A DNA stretch of 64,000 nt from Ilumatobacteraceae bacterium (GTDB lineage Bacteria > Actinomycetota > Acidimicrobiia > Acidimicrobiales > Ilumatobacteraceae): assembly GCA_040401975.1 (NCBI GenBank), contig JBBANL010000009.1, forward strand, positions 8,257 through 72,256, given 5' to 3'. The position numbers were made by a program, and so were the translations under genes. Under the pieces are notes generated by a model that had not been told where the DNA came from, searched no databases, and saw only the letters and a program-made list of their open reading frames with translations. Each line of letters starts with the position of its first letter. The stretch's first letter is position 1. This document shows positions 48,104 to 61,000 of the stretch, one piece after another.

Positions 48104-49705
48104 ATGGCAGACATCACACTTTCCGCCGGTGACATCGCATCGGCGATCACCGGCGGCCTTGCCGGTTACTCGCAGTCGCTCGAGGCACGCACCGTCGGTC
48201 GCGTTGCCGAGGTGGGCGACGGCATTGCGCGCGTCACCGGCCTGCCCGACTGTGCAGTGAACGAGTTGCTCGAGTTCGAGGACGGCACGGTGGGCATCGC
48301 GCTGAACCTCGACGAGTCACAGATCGGCGCCGTCGTTCTCGGCGATGCAGACGCAATCGAAGAGGGCCAGCCCGTGAAGGCGACAGGACGAATCCTGTCG
48401 GTTCCCGTCGGCGACGCACTGCTCGGTCGCGTTGTCAACGCACTCGGCCAGCCGATCGACGGCAAGGGCGACATCGTCGGCGGCATCGACCGTCGCGTGG
48501 AGATCCAGGCACCCGGAATCATGGGTCGCAAGCCCGTGCACGAGCCGTTGCAGACCGGCATCAAGTCGATCGACGCAATGACCCCGATCGGTCGCGGACA
48601 GCGCGAACTCATCATCGGTGACCGCAAGACTGGCAAGACCACCGTCGCAATCGACACCATCATCAACCAGCGCGGCCTCGGTGTGAAGTGCATCTACGTC
48701 GCCATCGGTCAGAAGGGTTCGACGGTCGCACAGACCGTGGAGACGCTGCGTCAGTACGGTGCCCTCGAGTACACCGTCGTGGTGGCCGCACCGGCATCGG
48801 AGCCCGCACCGTTCAAGTACCTCGCGCCCTATTCGGGTTGCGCAATCGGTCAGCACTGGATGGAAAACGGTGAGCATGCGCTCATCGTGTACGACGACCT
48901 GTCGAAGCAGGCCGAGGCCTACCGTCAGATGTCGCTGTTGCTGCGTCGCCCCCCGGGCCGCGAGGCATACCCCGGCGACGTGTTCTATCTGCACAGCCGC
49001 CTTCTCGAGCGCGCCGCAAAGTTGAGCGACGAAAAGGGTGCAGGTTCACTCACCGCTCTTCCCGTCATCGAGACGAAGGCCGGCGACGTGTCGGCGTACA
49101 TCCCGACCAACGTGATCTCGATCACCGACGGCCAGGTGTACCTGCAGGACAACCTCTTCAAGTCGGGTGTCCGCCCGGCGGTCGACGTGGGTGTGTCGGT
49201 GTCACGCGTGGGTGGTGCTGCACAGACCAAGGCGATGAAGAGCGTGTCGGGAACACTGAAGCTCGACCTCGCACAGTTCCGCGAGCTCGAGGCGTTCGCG
49301 ACGTTCGGTTCCGAACTCGACGCGGTCTCGAAGGCGCAGCTCGAGCGTGGTTACCGCCTCGTCGAACTGTTGAAGCAGGGACTCAACTCGCCGATGCCAG
49401 TGGAGGAACAGGTCGTCTCGATCTTCGCCGGCACCAAGGGCTACCTCGACGACATTCCGGTCGGCGACGTGCGTCGTTTCGAAACCGAACTCCTGGAATA
49501 CGTGCGGGCACGTCATGGTGCGATGCTCGCCGAGCTGCGCACCAACGGCAAGGCCGACGTTCCCTCCGACCTCGGAGACATCGTGTCGGCGTTCAAGGCG
49601 CAGTTCAAGGTCACCGGACCCAAGGGCGGATCAGTCGACCCGACAGCAACCGATGCAGAAGCACTCGGTGAAGCGGCAAGCAACAAGACCCTCGCAACGG
49701 AGTAA
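48104..49705 (+). CDS. atpA: F0F1 ATP synthase subunit alpha
   Basis: 533 aa with a GDRKTGKT Walker A motif. Confidence 0.97.
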   Translation: MADITLSAGDIASAITGGLAGYSQSLEARTVGRVAEVGDGIARVTGLPDCAVNELLEFEDGTVGIALNLDESQIGAVVLGDADAIEEGQPVKATGRILSVPVGDALLGRVVNALGQPIDGKGDIVGGIDRRVEIQAPGIMGRKPVHEPLQTGIKSIDAMTPIGRGQRELIIGDRKTGKTTVAIDTIINQRGLGVKCIYVAIGQKGSTVAQTVETLRQYGALEYTVVVAAPASEPAPFKYLAPYSGCAIGQHWMENGEHALIVYDDLSKQAEAYRQMSLLLRRPPGREAYPGDVFYLHSRLLERAAKLSDEKGAGSLTALPVIETKAGDVSAYIPTNVISITDGQVYLQDNLFKSGVRPAVDVGVSVSRVGGAAQTKAMKSVSGTLKLDLAQFRELEAFATFGSELDAVSKAQLERGYRLVELLKQGLNSPMPVEEQVVSIFAGTKGYLDDIPVGDVRRFETELLEYVRARHGAMLAELRTNGKADVPSDLGDIVSAFKAQFKVTGPKGGSVDPTATDAEALGEAASNKTLATE

Positions 49706-52059
<2,354 letters not shown>

Positions 52060-52060
<1 letters not shown>

Positions 52061-52482
52061 TGGCTGAGTCCAACGGCGCGATGCGCGTGGAAGTGGTGTC
52101 ACCCGAGCGGGTGCTTTTCTCCGGAGAAGCAACGCAGGTGATCACGCGCACCCTGGAAGGCGGCGAAGTTGCCTTTCTTCCGGGTCATGCGGCGTTTCTC
52201 GGTGCTCTCACCGAGAACCACACGCGCATCTACCTTGCCGACGGCAGCATCCAGAACCTCGCGGTTCACCTCGGATTCGTCGAGGTCGGAGCCGACCATG
52301 TGACGATTCTGTCCGACTCTGCCGAACTCGAGCAGGACATCGACGTCACCCGGGCGCAGGCAGCCAAGACACGTGCCGAGGAACAGATGCGTGGTGAGCA
52401 CTCAGCCGAGGTCGAGGCTGACCTGCGTCGCGCCCATGCGCGTCTGTCGGCCGCCGGCGGGCTCGGCACCGCAGCGCACTGA
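52060..52482 (+). CDS. atpC: F0F1 ATP synthase subunit epsilon
   Basis: 140 aa. Its start overlaps the atpD stop (TAATG). Confidence 0.9.
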
Positions 52483-52613
52483 TCACGCCGATCCCGTAGA
52501 CAACCGGCGGCGCCCGGGGTCGATGGACCCGTCGGATTCGTGACACACCCTTTCGTGATAATGGTCGTGTCGACACTAATCCCGGTGACGACATTGACAC
52601 CGAAGGAATTCCC

Positions 52614-53291
52614 ATGTCTGCAGCCCTTGTCCACCTCTACATCCTCCTCGACCGCTCAGGGTCGATGGCATCCATCGCCCGCGACGTGATCGGCGGGTAC
52701 AACACCTTCATCCGCGAACAACGCAGGGCCGGGTCCGATGTGCGCGTCACCCTGGTGCAGTTCGACTCGGCCGACCGTCAGGACATCATCGCTGCCGGCG
52801 TGCCCATCGACGAACTGGTCGAGCTCACAGAGGAGACGTTCATCCCGCGTGGAGGAACACCGCTTCTCGACGCCACGGGACTGCTCATCGCCCGTGCCCG
52901 CACCAAGCAGGAGATGCGCGTCCGGAACTCGCTTCCGGCCGAGGACATCGTCTTCGTCACCATCACCGACGGAGCCGAGAACGAGAGCACCGAGTACACC
53001 CTTCAACAGGTCAGGCAGTTGATCGAAGAGTGCGAGGCGCAGGGTTGGACCTTCGTGTTCCTCTCTGCGGCACTCGACGCCTACGGCGATGCAACCCGCA
53101 TGGGCATGAAGAGCGGCAACATCCAGGCCTTCTCCGCAAGCGGTCACGGCGCCAATCTGGCGTTCGGCAGCCTGTCGATGAGCGTGGAGAAGATGCGCGC
53201 GATGAAGCGCTCCGGCGCATGGAAGCGCGACATTGACTTCTTCGAGGAGAAGACCGCAGAAGCGGAGCGTCGCAAGAACGACAATCCGTGA
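52614..53291 (+). CDS. Stand-alone von Willebrand factor A domain protein
   Basis: 225 aa. LLDRSGSM (DxSxS MIDAS) and ITDGAEN motifs. No signal peptide is evident. Confidence 0.7.
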   Translation: MSAALVHLYILLDRSGSMASIARDVIGGYNTFIREQRRAGSDVRVTLVQFDSADRQDIIAAGVPIDELVELTEETFIPRGGTPLLDATGLLIARARTKQEMRVRNSLPAEDIVFVTITDGAENESTEYTLQQVRQLIEECEAQGWTFVFLSAALDAYGDATRMGMKSGNIQAFSASGHGANLAFGSLSMSVEKMRAMKRSGAWKRDIDFFEEKTAEAERRKNDNP

Positions 53292-53306
53292 GATCGGGGT
53301 CCGGCG

Positions 53307-54296
53307 TCAGCTGTAGTCGATCGCCGAGAACGCGCCCAGTTTGTCGAGGCGGTGCTGTGCGTCGATGAGTCGCACGGTTCCGCTGCGCGAACGCATCACG
53401 AGGCTCTGCGTGCGAACGATGCCGGGCGCGTAGCGAACGCCGAGCAGCAGTTCTCCGTCGGTCACACCCGTGGCGGCGAAGAAGCAGTTGTCGCCCTTCA
53501 CCAGATCGTTGGTGGTGAGCACCTGGTCGAGGTTGTAGCCCTGGGCGATGGCGTCGGCGCGTTCGGTGTCGTTGCGCGGCCACAGTCGCCCCTGGATTTC
53601 GCCACCCATGCACTTCAGGGCGGCTGCGGCCACCACGCCCTCGGGCGTGCCGCCGATTCCGAACATCACGTCGACGCCGGCGTTCGGCCATGCGGTGGCG
53701 ATGGCGGAGAAGATGTCGCCGTCGGAGATCAACTTGATGCGGGCCCCCGACTTGCGAACTTCGTCGATCAGTTCCTCGTGACGTGGGCGGTCGAGGATCA
53801 TCGCGGTGAGGTCCCGCACGGATTCACCCTTGGCCTTTGCGATCCATTTCAGGTTCTGCGTGGGCGAGGCAGTGATGTCGATCGAACCGACGGCGTCGGG
53901 ACCCACCGCGATCTTCTCCATGTAGAAGCACGGGCCCGGGTCGTACATGGTTCCGCGCTCCGACACGGCAATCACCGAAATCGCGTTGCCCCGACCCGAT
54001 GCGGTCAGTGAGGTGCCGTCAATCGGGTCGACCGCAACGTCGGTGAAAGGGGCAGAGCCGTCGCCGACTTCCTCCCCGTTGAACAACATCGGTGCATCGT
54101 CTTTTTCGCCCTCGCCGATGACGACCACGCCGGCCATCGGCACCGTCGAGAGGACTGTTCGCATCGCATCGACTGCTGCTCCGTCTGCTCCGATCTTGTC
54201 CCCGCGACCCACCCAACGCGACGCGGCCATCGCGGCGGCCTCCGTGGTGCGGACGAGTTCGAGTGCGAGATTTCGGTGCGGACGCTCTGTTGGCAT
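53307..54296 (-). CDS. glpX: Class II fructose-1,6-bisphosphatase
   Basis: 329 aa. [23 protein letters not shown] and [15 protein letters not shown] motifs. Confidence 0.92.
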   Translation of the reverse strand: MPTERPHRNLALELVRTTEAAAMAASRWVGRGDKIGADGAAVDAMRTVLSTVPMAGVVVIGEGEKDDAPMLFNGEEVGDGSAPFTDVAVDPIDGTSLTASGRGNAISVIAVSERGTMYDPGPCFYMEKIAVGPDAVGSIDITASPTQNLKWIAKAKGESVRDLTAMILDRPRHEELIDEVRKSGARIKLISDGDIFSAIATAWPNAGVDVMFGIGGTPEGVVAAAALKCMGGEIQGRLWPRNDTERADAIAQGYNLDQVLTTNDLVKGDNCFFAATGVTDGELLLGVRYAPGIVRTQSLVMRSRSGTVRLIDAQHRLDKLGAFSAIDYS

Positions 54297-54330
54297 GTCT
54301 CCACCGTAGTTCGCTCACTAGCCTTCGCTC

Positions 54331-56115
54331 GTGCCCCCGATTCCGCGCGAACTGTGCTTACCGTCGCGTGAGTACTCCGATACGCAGGTACGCCCGGGTG
54401 GCGAATGGGTCTCGGCCGTCGTGGCCGAGCCGACCGACGAAGGTACGCAGTCGCGTCTCGTGATGTGGATGACGCAGAACCCGGAGCACACGGTGGTGGT
54501 GCTGCGCGACACCGGGGTCGGCAGGGGGTTGTCGGGGGGCGTTCATGTGTGGTCTCCCGACGGCGAGCACGTGTACGTCGTCACCCGCGATCAGGGCATC
54601 GTCGACGTGACGGTGAAAGGCGACCAGCTCGTGTCGGTGCGCAGTCTCGGATTCGATGCAACCCGTTCGTGGTCGACACCTTCGGTGAACGCCGGGGGCG
54701 ACACGGTCGTGGCAGTTGCAGACTGGCGCGAAGTGTGGGTGTGCGACCTCGCGACAGGTGCGGCGCGGTGCGAACACGTTGCCGAGGCTTTCGCAATCGA
54801 TTGCGCCGTCGGTGACGAGATCCGATTCCACACATGGGACCGCCCCCACATGCCGTGGACCCAGAGCCGCATTCATCCCGCCGGCGATGTTGCCGGGCGA
54901 GCAGTGCAACAACCGCGCTTTTCCGCCGACGGGCGGGGTTTCGGGTTCATCGACGACTCGAGGGGCCTGAACAACGTGCGACTCGTTGCAGACGACATCG
55001 TGAACGACGACACCATGATCGACGACGACTGCGAACACGGTGGCCCGACGTGGGGCCCCGGACAGCGCACGTGGTGTTTCAACACCGATGCAACGAAGGT
55101 CGCCTACACGCGCAACGAGGACGGATTCGGTTCGTTGTGGGTCTACGACCGCATCACGAAGGAACGCCACCGGATCGGCAGGGCAGTGCACGGGTGTCTG
55201 TCGTGGCACGGCAACACTCTCGCCGCGCTGCGCAGCGGAGCACGCACGCCGCAACAGGTCGTTGCCTACGACGTGTCCGACCCGTCGTCTCCGCAACGGA
55301 CAGTGATCGCACAGGGCGGACACGAGGAGTGGTCGTCGCCCGAGATCGCAGACGAACTTGTCGAGCCGACCTTGCACGTCTGCACCAACTCGCCCAGATA
55401 CGTGCCGTTCAGGATGTATCAACCGCGCACGCGAACCGACAAGTTGATTCTGTGGGTGCACGGCGGACCCGTCGACCAGTGGCAGGTCACGTTCCGCCCG
55501 CGCATCGCGTTCTGGAACTCGCGCGGCTGGGCGGTGGCGGTTGTCGACCATGTCGGTTCCTCGGGGCACGGCCGCGAGTTCGTCACGTTCCTGCACCGAC
55601 AATGGGGCTCGATGGACACCACCACCACGTGGGCGGTTCTGCAGGACCTGCAGGTCGACGGACCGTTCGATCCTGCGCGGACCGTGCTGATGGGCGGGAG
55701 CGCGGGCGGTCTCACCGCGGCGAACGTGGCGGGGAGCAACGACGACATGGTGGCGCGAGTGGTGTTGCAGTACCCCGTGGTCGACCTGGCGGATCTGTTG
55801 TCGGGTGACGACCCGTTCGAGACGCACTACATGCCGACGTTGCTCGGCGAGACAGACCCGGAGTCCGAGGTGTTGGCGCGTCGGTCACCGGTGCGGTGGG
55901 CGGAACAACTCGCGACAATTCCCATTCTGATCTTCCACGGAAATCTCGACACCAGTGTTCCGTTGCGGCATTCGCAGAAACTGCGCGACGCAGTGGTTGC
56001 CGCGGGCGGCGACGTGCACATCGAGGTGATGGCCGGGGAGGGTCACGGATTCCGCGACCCGGCGAACATTCTCCGCGAACTCGAGATCACCGAGTCATTC
56101 CTCTCCGGGCTCTGA
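54331..56115 (+). CDS. S9-family serine peptidase (propeller plus alpha/beta hydrolase)
   Basis: 594 aa. GGSAGG nucleophile elbow and a C-terminal GEGHGF segment. Confidence 0.75.
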   Translation: MPPIPRELCLPSREYSDTQVRPGGEWVSAVVAEPTDEGTQSRLVMWMTQNPEHTVVVLRDTGVGRGLSGGVHVWSPDGEHVYVVTRDQGIVDVTVKGDQLVSVRSLGFDATRSWSTPSVNAGGDTVVAVADWREVWVCDLATGAARCEHVAEAFAIDCAVGDEIRFHTWDRPHMPWTQSRIHPAGDVAGRAVQQPRFSADGRGFGFIDDSRGLNNVRLVADDIVNDDTMIDDDCEHGGPTWGPGQRTWCFNTDATKVAYTRNEDGFGSLWVYDRITKERHRIGRAVHGCLSWHGNTLAALRSGARTPQQVVAYDVSDPSSPQRTVIAQGGHEEWSSPEIADELVEPTLHVCTNSPRYVPFRMYQPRTRTDKLILWVHGGPVDQWQVTFRPRIAFWNSRGWAVAVVDHVGSSGHGREFVTFLHRQWGSMDTTTTWAVLQDLQVDGPFDPARTVLMGGSAGGLTAANVAGSNDDMVARVVLQYPVVDLADLLSGDDPFETHYMPTLLGETDPESEVLARRSPVRWAEQLATIPILIFHGNLDTSVPLRHSQKLRDAVVAAGGDVHIEVMAGEGHGFRDPANILRELEITESFLSGL

Positions 56116-56442
56116 CTCGTCGTGGGACACCGGTGAGTCGTCCCACTGCACGTAGAAGCTCGACTCGGAGTTGAAATAGATGGTGTGCAGACGGTCCTTG
56201 CAGCGGCCACCGGGCGTCGACGTGCCTTCCCGCGTGAGGATTCCCGCAGCCTTGAAGATGCGCATGAAGATGTCGAGTGAGTACCCGGGGTAGTTCTTGG
56301 AAAAGAATTTCTTCGTGTAGCCGTGAAGGTTCGGGTACACGTGGGTGTATCGCAGCACCATCGCAACGTCGTTGCGGGTGAGTGCAAAGTTGTAGCGGTA
56401 CGGATCGTCGGGTGGCGTGGTGCCGAATCGTTGAGTGGACAT
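56095..56442 (-). CDS. Hypothetical 115-aa protein (possible winged-helix)
   Basis: Trimmed to ATG 56442 behind a strong AAGGAGA Shine-Dalgarno. MSTQRFGTTPPDDPYRYNFALTRND.... Its 3' end overlaps the peptidase gene by 21 nt. Confidence 0.5.
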   Translation of the reverse strand: MSTQRFGTTPPDDPYRYNFALTRNDVAMVLRYTHVYPNLHGYTKKFFSKNYPGYSLDIFMRIFKAAGILTREGTSTPGGRCKDRLHTIYFNSESSFYVQWDDSPVSHDESEPGEE

Positions 56443-56717
56443 GTCGGTTCTCCTTGGTGTGAAGTGACCGACCTGGCGCGTGATGCACCTGTGCTTGTGC
56501 GCCGCCGGACCAGCCGGTGGCGCCGCATCCGCCTCGTGGGTGGGTAGAAAGGAAAACACCCCACCCCCGAGGCGCAAGCACCGTGGCCGGTCAGGCTCGG
56601 TTGCTGGTCGCGCGAACGCGACACTCGTGATGCAGTTGCCATGATGTCAGGGGGGTGTGGCACAGAAAACACCCCCGCCTCGCATGCCACAAAACCCTTG
56701 TGGGTAGCGTCTGAGCC

Positions 56718-57416
56718 ATGTTGCTGGCCGAGCTCGAGATTTTCCACTCTCGGCCCATCGCCCCCACGCGTCGGTTGTCGCTCGGGCACCTGTACCTGCC
56801 GGTCGACCCTGCGCCGGGTTTCGGGGGCATCCTTCTCGGTGCCGTTCTTGCGGTGCACGTGAAGGACGTCGACGAGGACCTGCAGGTCGACCTGCAGCGT
56901 CTGCTGTCCGAAATCGACCGCGGAACACGCGTCGTGCAGCCGCGTCTTCGTCACCGGTTCCAGGTCGACCGCCACGGTCTCACCTACAGCACGCACCGAA
57001 TGATGGGTGCGGGTGACTCGATCGAGTTCGAGATGAACAGCAACGGAACTCCGTTGCAGCAGGTGCTCGGTTCGTTGTACGCGCTCGAGAGACTCGACCC
57101 CGCCGTGCGCCAGTCGTTGATTCCCGTGATGCGGCGCGCATTCACGTGGCGCGGCCCGATCGGCCCGTCGTTCATCTCGTATCTCGCAGGTTCGAAGTCG
57201 TCGTCGGTGTCCGCGCTGGCCGATCCCCGCGCGTGGGCACTCGACGTGCTCGGTTTCCCCGGCGGAACAGTGAAGCCATCGAAGAGGGAGATCACCTCCC
57301 GCTACCGCGAACGTCTTCGGTCGGTGCATCCCGACCACGGCGGCAACGAATCGACCGCCGGCAAGTCGATCATGGATGTCACTGAGGCGCGACGCATTCT
57401 TCTCGAGGCTCTGTGA
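56718..57416 (+). CDS. J-domain-containing protein
   Basis: 232 aa. C-terminal REITSRYRERLRSVHPDHGG (HPD motif). The N-terminal domain is unknown. Confidence 0.65.
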   Translation: MLLAELEIFHSRPIAPTRRLSLGHLYLPVDPAPGFGGILLGAVLAVHVKDVDEDLQVDLQRLLSEIDRGTRVVQPRLRHRFQVDRHGLTYSTHRMMGAGDSIEFEMNSNGTPLQQVLGSLYALERLDPAVRQSLIPVMRRAFTWRGPIGPSFISYLAGSKSSSVSALADPRAWALDVLGFPGGTVKPSKREITSRYRERLRSVHPDHGGNESTAGKSIMDVTEARRILLEAL

Positions 57417-58003
57417 CCGGAATCAGGGGAGTGGTGCTGTTCCCGGGCGCGGGTTCGTCGGCAGCGCACGCGTCACTGGTCGCAATCGAGAACGAATTGT
57501 CGCCGGTTCCGGTTGCGCGCGTCGACTTCCCCTATCGCCGGGCCGGTCGGGCGTTTCCCGACAGGGCACCGGTGTTGGTGAAGTGCGTCCGCGACGAGGT
57601 GCGTGCATTCGCCGATCGTCTCGGCGTCGACACAACCGCACTCGTGATCGGCGGCAGGTCGATGGGCGGTCGCATGTGTTCCATGGCGGTTGCCGACACC
57701 GATGACCCGTTGCGCGTCGGCGGTCTCGCTCTCGTGTCGTATCCGTTGCACCCGCCCAAGAAACCGGACGCGCTGCGAACCGAGCACCTGCCGCGGATCA
57801 ACGTGCCCACGCTCTGCGTCAGCGGAACACTCGACACGTTCGGCACCCCGGAAGAACTGCAACAGGCCTTTCGCGTTGCGAAGAGCACGGTCACCTGGAG
57901 GTGGATCGACAAGGGACGTCACGAACTCGCCCGCAAGGACACAGAAGTGGCGGGGCATGTGTGCGAGTGGATTGCCGGACTCAACCGGGAGTCAGATCGC
58001 TGA
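57413..58003 (+). CDS. Alpha/beta hydrolase family protein (dienelactone-hydrolase/KANL3-like)
   Basis: 196 aa with a GGRSMGGRM nucleophile elbow. The GTG start overlaps the J-protein stop (GTGA). Confidence 0.65.
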   Translation: MTGIRGVVLFPGAGSSAAHASLVAIENELSPVPVARVDFPYRRAGRAFPDRAPVLVKCVRDEVRAFADRLGVDTTALVIGGRSMGGRMCSMAVADTDDPLRVGGLALVSYPLHPPKKPDALRTEHLPRINVPTLCVSGTLDTFGTPEELQQAFRVAKSTVTWRWIDKGRHELARKDTEVAGHVCEWIAGLNRESDR

Positions 58004-59246
58004 TCTCCTCGAGTTCCTTGTGTGCGGTCTCGGGGTAACGGAACCACACGATCAGTGAGGCGAGTGCGGGGCCGAGCACCAGCCACAGCATCACCGTGCC
58101 GTAGTCGACCCCCGAGTCGAGAACGCGTCCGCCGCCGATCAGGCCGAAGCTGCCGCCGATGAGCGCAGAGGTCATGATGATGCCGCCGGCGACGCTGCGC
58201 ACCTGGGTGGGGAACAACTCGCCGCGGTACACGGCCATCGCCGGGTACGAGATGCCGAAGGCGAGTCCGCCCGCGATCGCGACGCACCACATGGTCGCCC
58301 CCGACGTGTTGAACGACAACGCGAGCAACAGCGCACCGATCGGCACCATGGTGGCTCCGAGTATCCGTCGACCGCGCTCGTCGGCGATGCGGCCGCCCAC
58401 CACCAACCCGATGGAAGCGGGTGCGCTCGTTGCGATGGTGAAGAGTGCAACGAGTGCCGCCGAGTACCCGCGGTCATCCTTCAGGTATCGGTTCTGGAAG
58501 ATGGATGCGGTGGCCACATAGAGGTTGGTGAGGAACACGACGGTGCAGATGCGCATGATGTTGCGGCGAAGCACCGATCGGGCCTGTTCGATTGCACCAA
58601 CCGGCTCCGTCGAGCGTTTCGTGAACCGCTCGGATTCGGGAAGCCATCTCATGAGCACCACGGCCACCACGAGCCACACGAGCGTCACGAGATAGACGTA
58701 GCGCCACCCGGACCCGCCGAGATCTGCGAGAGGCAACGAGGCAACGGCGACTCCCGCGCCGACGCCGCTCAGTACGGCGAGCAATCCGGTGGCGTACGCA
58801 CGCGAGTTCCGCGGCATCTCTTCCACCGCAACGACGGCAATCAGGATGTCGAGCGTCAGACCCAGCGGGCGTCCGATTGTCTGCGTGGCGACGAGAAAAG
58901 GGAACGACGGTGCGACTGCACCGAGTGCCGTGACGACGGGCGCGGCCCACGCGGTTGCGATCATCATCGGGCGTCGACCATGACGGTCGGCGAGCGCCAC
59001 AATCGGCAGACAGATGATGATTCCCCAGCGCACGACCGCCGCGCCGACTCCCTGACCCGAATTGCCGATGTCGAACTCGTCGGCTGCGTACGCAACCGTC
59101 TGGGTGAAGATTGTGTTGACGAACGCCGACGACATCGACGCGAGCGCCATGAGGAGAAGAATCCGTCGCTGTCGCGGAGTGAACGAATCACTCGACGAGG
59201 CCCACGCGGGCAGGTGAAAACGGGAAGAACTCCCACGAGAGGGCAC
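57981..59246 (-). CDS. MFS transporter
   Basis: Polytopic. LADRHGRRP MFS loop motif. Start provisionally set at GTG 59246; the rest of the 671-aa track ORF is antisense to murA. Confidence 0.75.
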   Translation of the reverse strand: MPSRGSSSRFHLPAWASSSDSFTPRQRRILLLMALASMSSAFVNTIFTQTVAYAADEFDIGNSGQGVGAAVVRWGIIICLPIVALADRHGRRPMMIATAWAAPVVTALGAVAPSFPFLVATQTIGRPLGLTLDILIAVVAVEEMPRNSRAYATGLLAVLSGVGAGVAVASLPLADLGGSGWRYVYLVTLVWLVVAVVLMRWLPESERFTKRSTEPVGAIEQARSVLRRNIMRICTVVFLTNLYVATASIFQNRYLKDDRGYSAALVALFTIATSAPASIGLVVGGRIADERGRRILGATMVPIGALLLALSFNTSGATMWCVAIAGGLAFGISYPAMAVYRGELFPTQVRSVAGGIIMTSALIGGSFGLIGGGRVLDSGVDYGTVMLWLVLGPALASLIVWFRYPETAHKELEEISDLTPG

Positions 59247-59267
59247 GGCGGGAGCATACTGATACCC

Positions 59268-60572
59268 ATGTCTGATGAGTCGAGCAACGCGAACGACGTC
59301 ATCGTGGCAGCCCAGAGCGGGCCACTTTTCGGAGAAGTCATCGTTCCCGGCGCGAAGAATTCGGTACTGAAGTTGATGGCCGCCGCTCTGCTCGCCGACG
59401 GACAGTACGTTCTCACGAACGCTCCCGTGATCGACGACGTGGTGATCATGGCCGACCTGCTGTCGGCTCTCGGTCTGCAGATCGAACGCGAGCCCGCCCC
59501 GGCGGGCGAGGTGGGCCAGCACGTGGTGATCCGCAACTCCGGGGCAATCGTCCCGGTTGCGCCGTTCGAACTCGCCGACCGGATCCGTGCATCGGTGAAC
59601 GTCGTCGGACCCCTGCTCGGTCGCTTCGGCGAGATCGACATTGCATTGCCGGGTGGTGACGACTTCGGCGGACGCCCGATCGACATGCACCTGCGCGGTC
59701 TCGAGGCCATGGGTGCGGTGTTCGACGTGACCATCGACGGCATCAAGGGTCGTTGCTCGCGCCTGCAGGGGGCCGACATCGAGTTCGAGTTCCCGAGCGT
59801 CGGCGCCACCGAGAACATTCTCATGGCGGCCGTGCTGGCGGAGGGAACAACGACCATCCGCAACGCCGCGCGCGAGCCCGAGATCGTCGACCTGTGCTCG
59901 ATGCTGAAAAAGATGGGTGCGCGCATCGACGGTGCCGGCACGTCGACCATCGTGGTGACGGGTGTGGAACCGTCGTCGTTGCAGGCGGTGGCCCACGAGG
60001 TGGTCACCGACCGCGTGCAGTCGGCCACCTACATCGCCGCAGTTGCGATGTGCGGGGGAACAGTTCGCGTGTCAAGAGCGAACGCAGAGCACATGGGCAT
60101 GATGCTGTCGCGGTTCACCGACATGGGTCTGATGTTCGACATCGACACCGAGGGCATCACCGCGACGGCGCCGGTCAAATTGCACTCGATCGACGTGGCA
60201 ACGCTGCCGTATCCCGGTGTGGCCACCGACTACAAACCATTGGTCGTTGCGATGCTCTCGGTGGCAGACGGAGTGGGGATCGTGACCGAGAACCTGTACC
60301 CGGGGCGGTTCCGTTACGTCGAGGAACTGCGCAAGCTCGGCGCCGACATCACGATTGACGGTCATCACGCGATCGTTCGCGGGGTGGCGCATCTGCACGG
60401 CGCGAACGTGGTCGCCCCCGACATCCGCGCCGGCGCCGCGTTGGTGGTGGCGGGTCTGGCCGCGCCGGGCATCACCGAGATCGGCGACGTGTTCCACATC
60501 GACCGTGGCTACGACGACATCGTCGGTCGACTCGCCTCGTTGGGGGCGTCGATCAGTCGGATTCGTCAGTAG
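59268..60572 (+). CDS. murA: UDP-N-acetylglucosamine 1-carboxyvinyltransferase
   Basis: ATG 59268 (MSDESSNANDVIVAAQSGPLFGEVIVPGAKNSVLK...). The layout is that of the EPSP/MurA family. Confidence 0.95.
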   Translation: MSDESSNANDVIVAAQSGPLFGEVIVPGAKNSVLKLMAAALLADGQYVLTNAPVIDDVVIMADLLSALGLQIEREPAPAGEVGQHVVIRNSGAIVPVAPFELADRIRASVNVVGPLLGRFGEIDIALPGGDDFGGRPIDMHLRGLEAMGAVFDVTIDGIKGRCSRLQGADIEFEFPSVGATENILMAAVLAEGTTTIRNAAREPEIVDLCSMLKKMGARIDGAGTSTIVVTGVEPSSLQAVAHEVVTDRVQSATYIAAVAMCGGTVRVSRANAEHMGMMLSRFTDMGLMFDIDTEGITATAPVKLHSIDVATLPYPGVATDYKPLVVAMLSVADGVGIVTENLYPGRFRYVEELRKLGADITIDGHHAIVRGVAHLHGANVVAPDIRAGAALVVAGLAAPGITEIGDVFHIDRGYDDIVGRLASLGASISRIRQ

Positions 60573-60702
60573 TCGACTCGTTCGCGACCTCTGCCGATTG
60601 CTTGCGTGCCCGGGTGGTGGCGAGACGAAGCAGGCCCACGATGAGAGCAATGGGAACCGCGGCGTAGAGGAACTCGTCCCAGCCACCTTGGTGAGCGAAC
60701 AT
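60553..60702 (-). CDS. 49-aa single-helix membrane mini-protein
   Basis: Trimmed to MFAHQGGWDEFLYAAVPIALIVGLLRLATTRARK.... Its 3' end overlaps the murA end by 20 nt. Confidence 0.3.
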   Translation of the reverse strand: MFAHQGGWDEFLYAAVPIALIVGLLRLATTRARKQSAEVANESTTDESD

Positions 60703-60766
60703 GTTCACGAGCGTAGGCGAGCAGGGCATCCCGGTGGGTATCGTTCTAGGTGAATTGGAGGACTGC

Positions 60767-61000
60767 ATGTCGATGCGTCAGCAGGTCGAAGAGACAATCG
60801 AGGTCATCAGGCCGGCGCTGCAGGCCGACGGTGGAGACATCATTCTGCGCGAGGTCGACGAGTCGACAGGTGTGGTCACGGTGACTCTCACCGGTGCGTG
60901 CACGACGTGCCCCGCATCCGACCAGACCCTCAAGGCCGGAATCGAACGCATCATGCGCGACCGCATCGACGGCGTCACCGAGGTCGTGCAGGTCGCGTAA
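60767..61000 (+). CDS. NifU C-terminal-domain (Nfu-type) Fe-S cluster protein
   Basis: ATG 60767 lies 5 nt after GGAGGA. IRPALQADGGDIIL and the GACTTCPAS CxxC motif. Confidence 0.85.
   Translation: MSMRQQVEETIEVIRPALQADGGDIILREVDESTGVVTVTLTGACTTCPASDQTLKAGIERIMRDRIDGVTEVVQVA

Noticed and set aside
59247-59996. N-terminal 250 aa of the 671-aa minus-strand ORF that ends as the MFS transporter
   Set aside because: This part is antisense to murA and His/Arg/Asp-rich. Transporter-like hydrophobic sequence begins only after about 59246.
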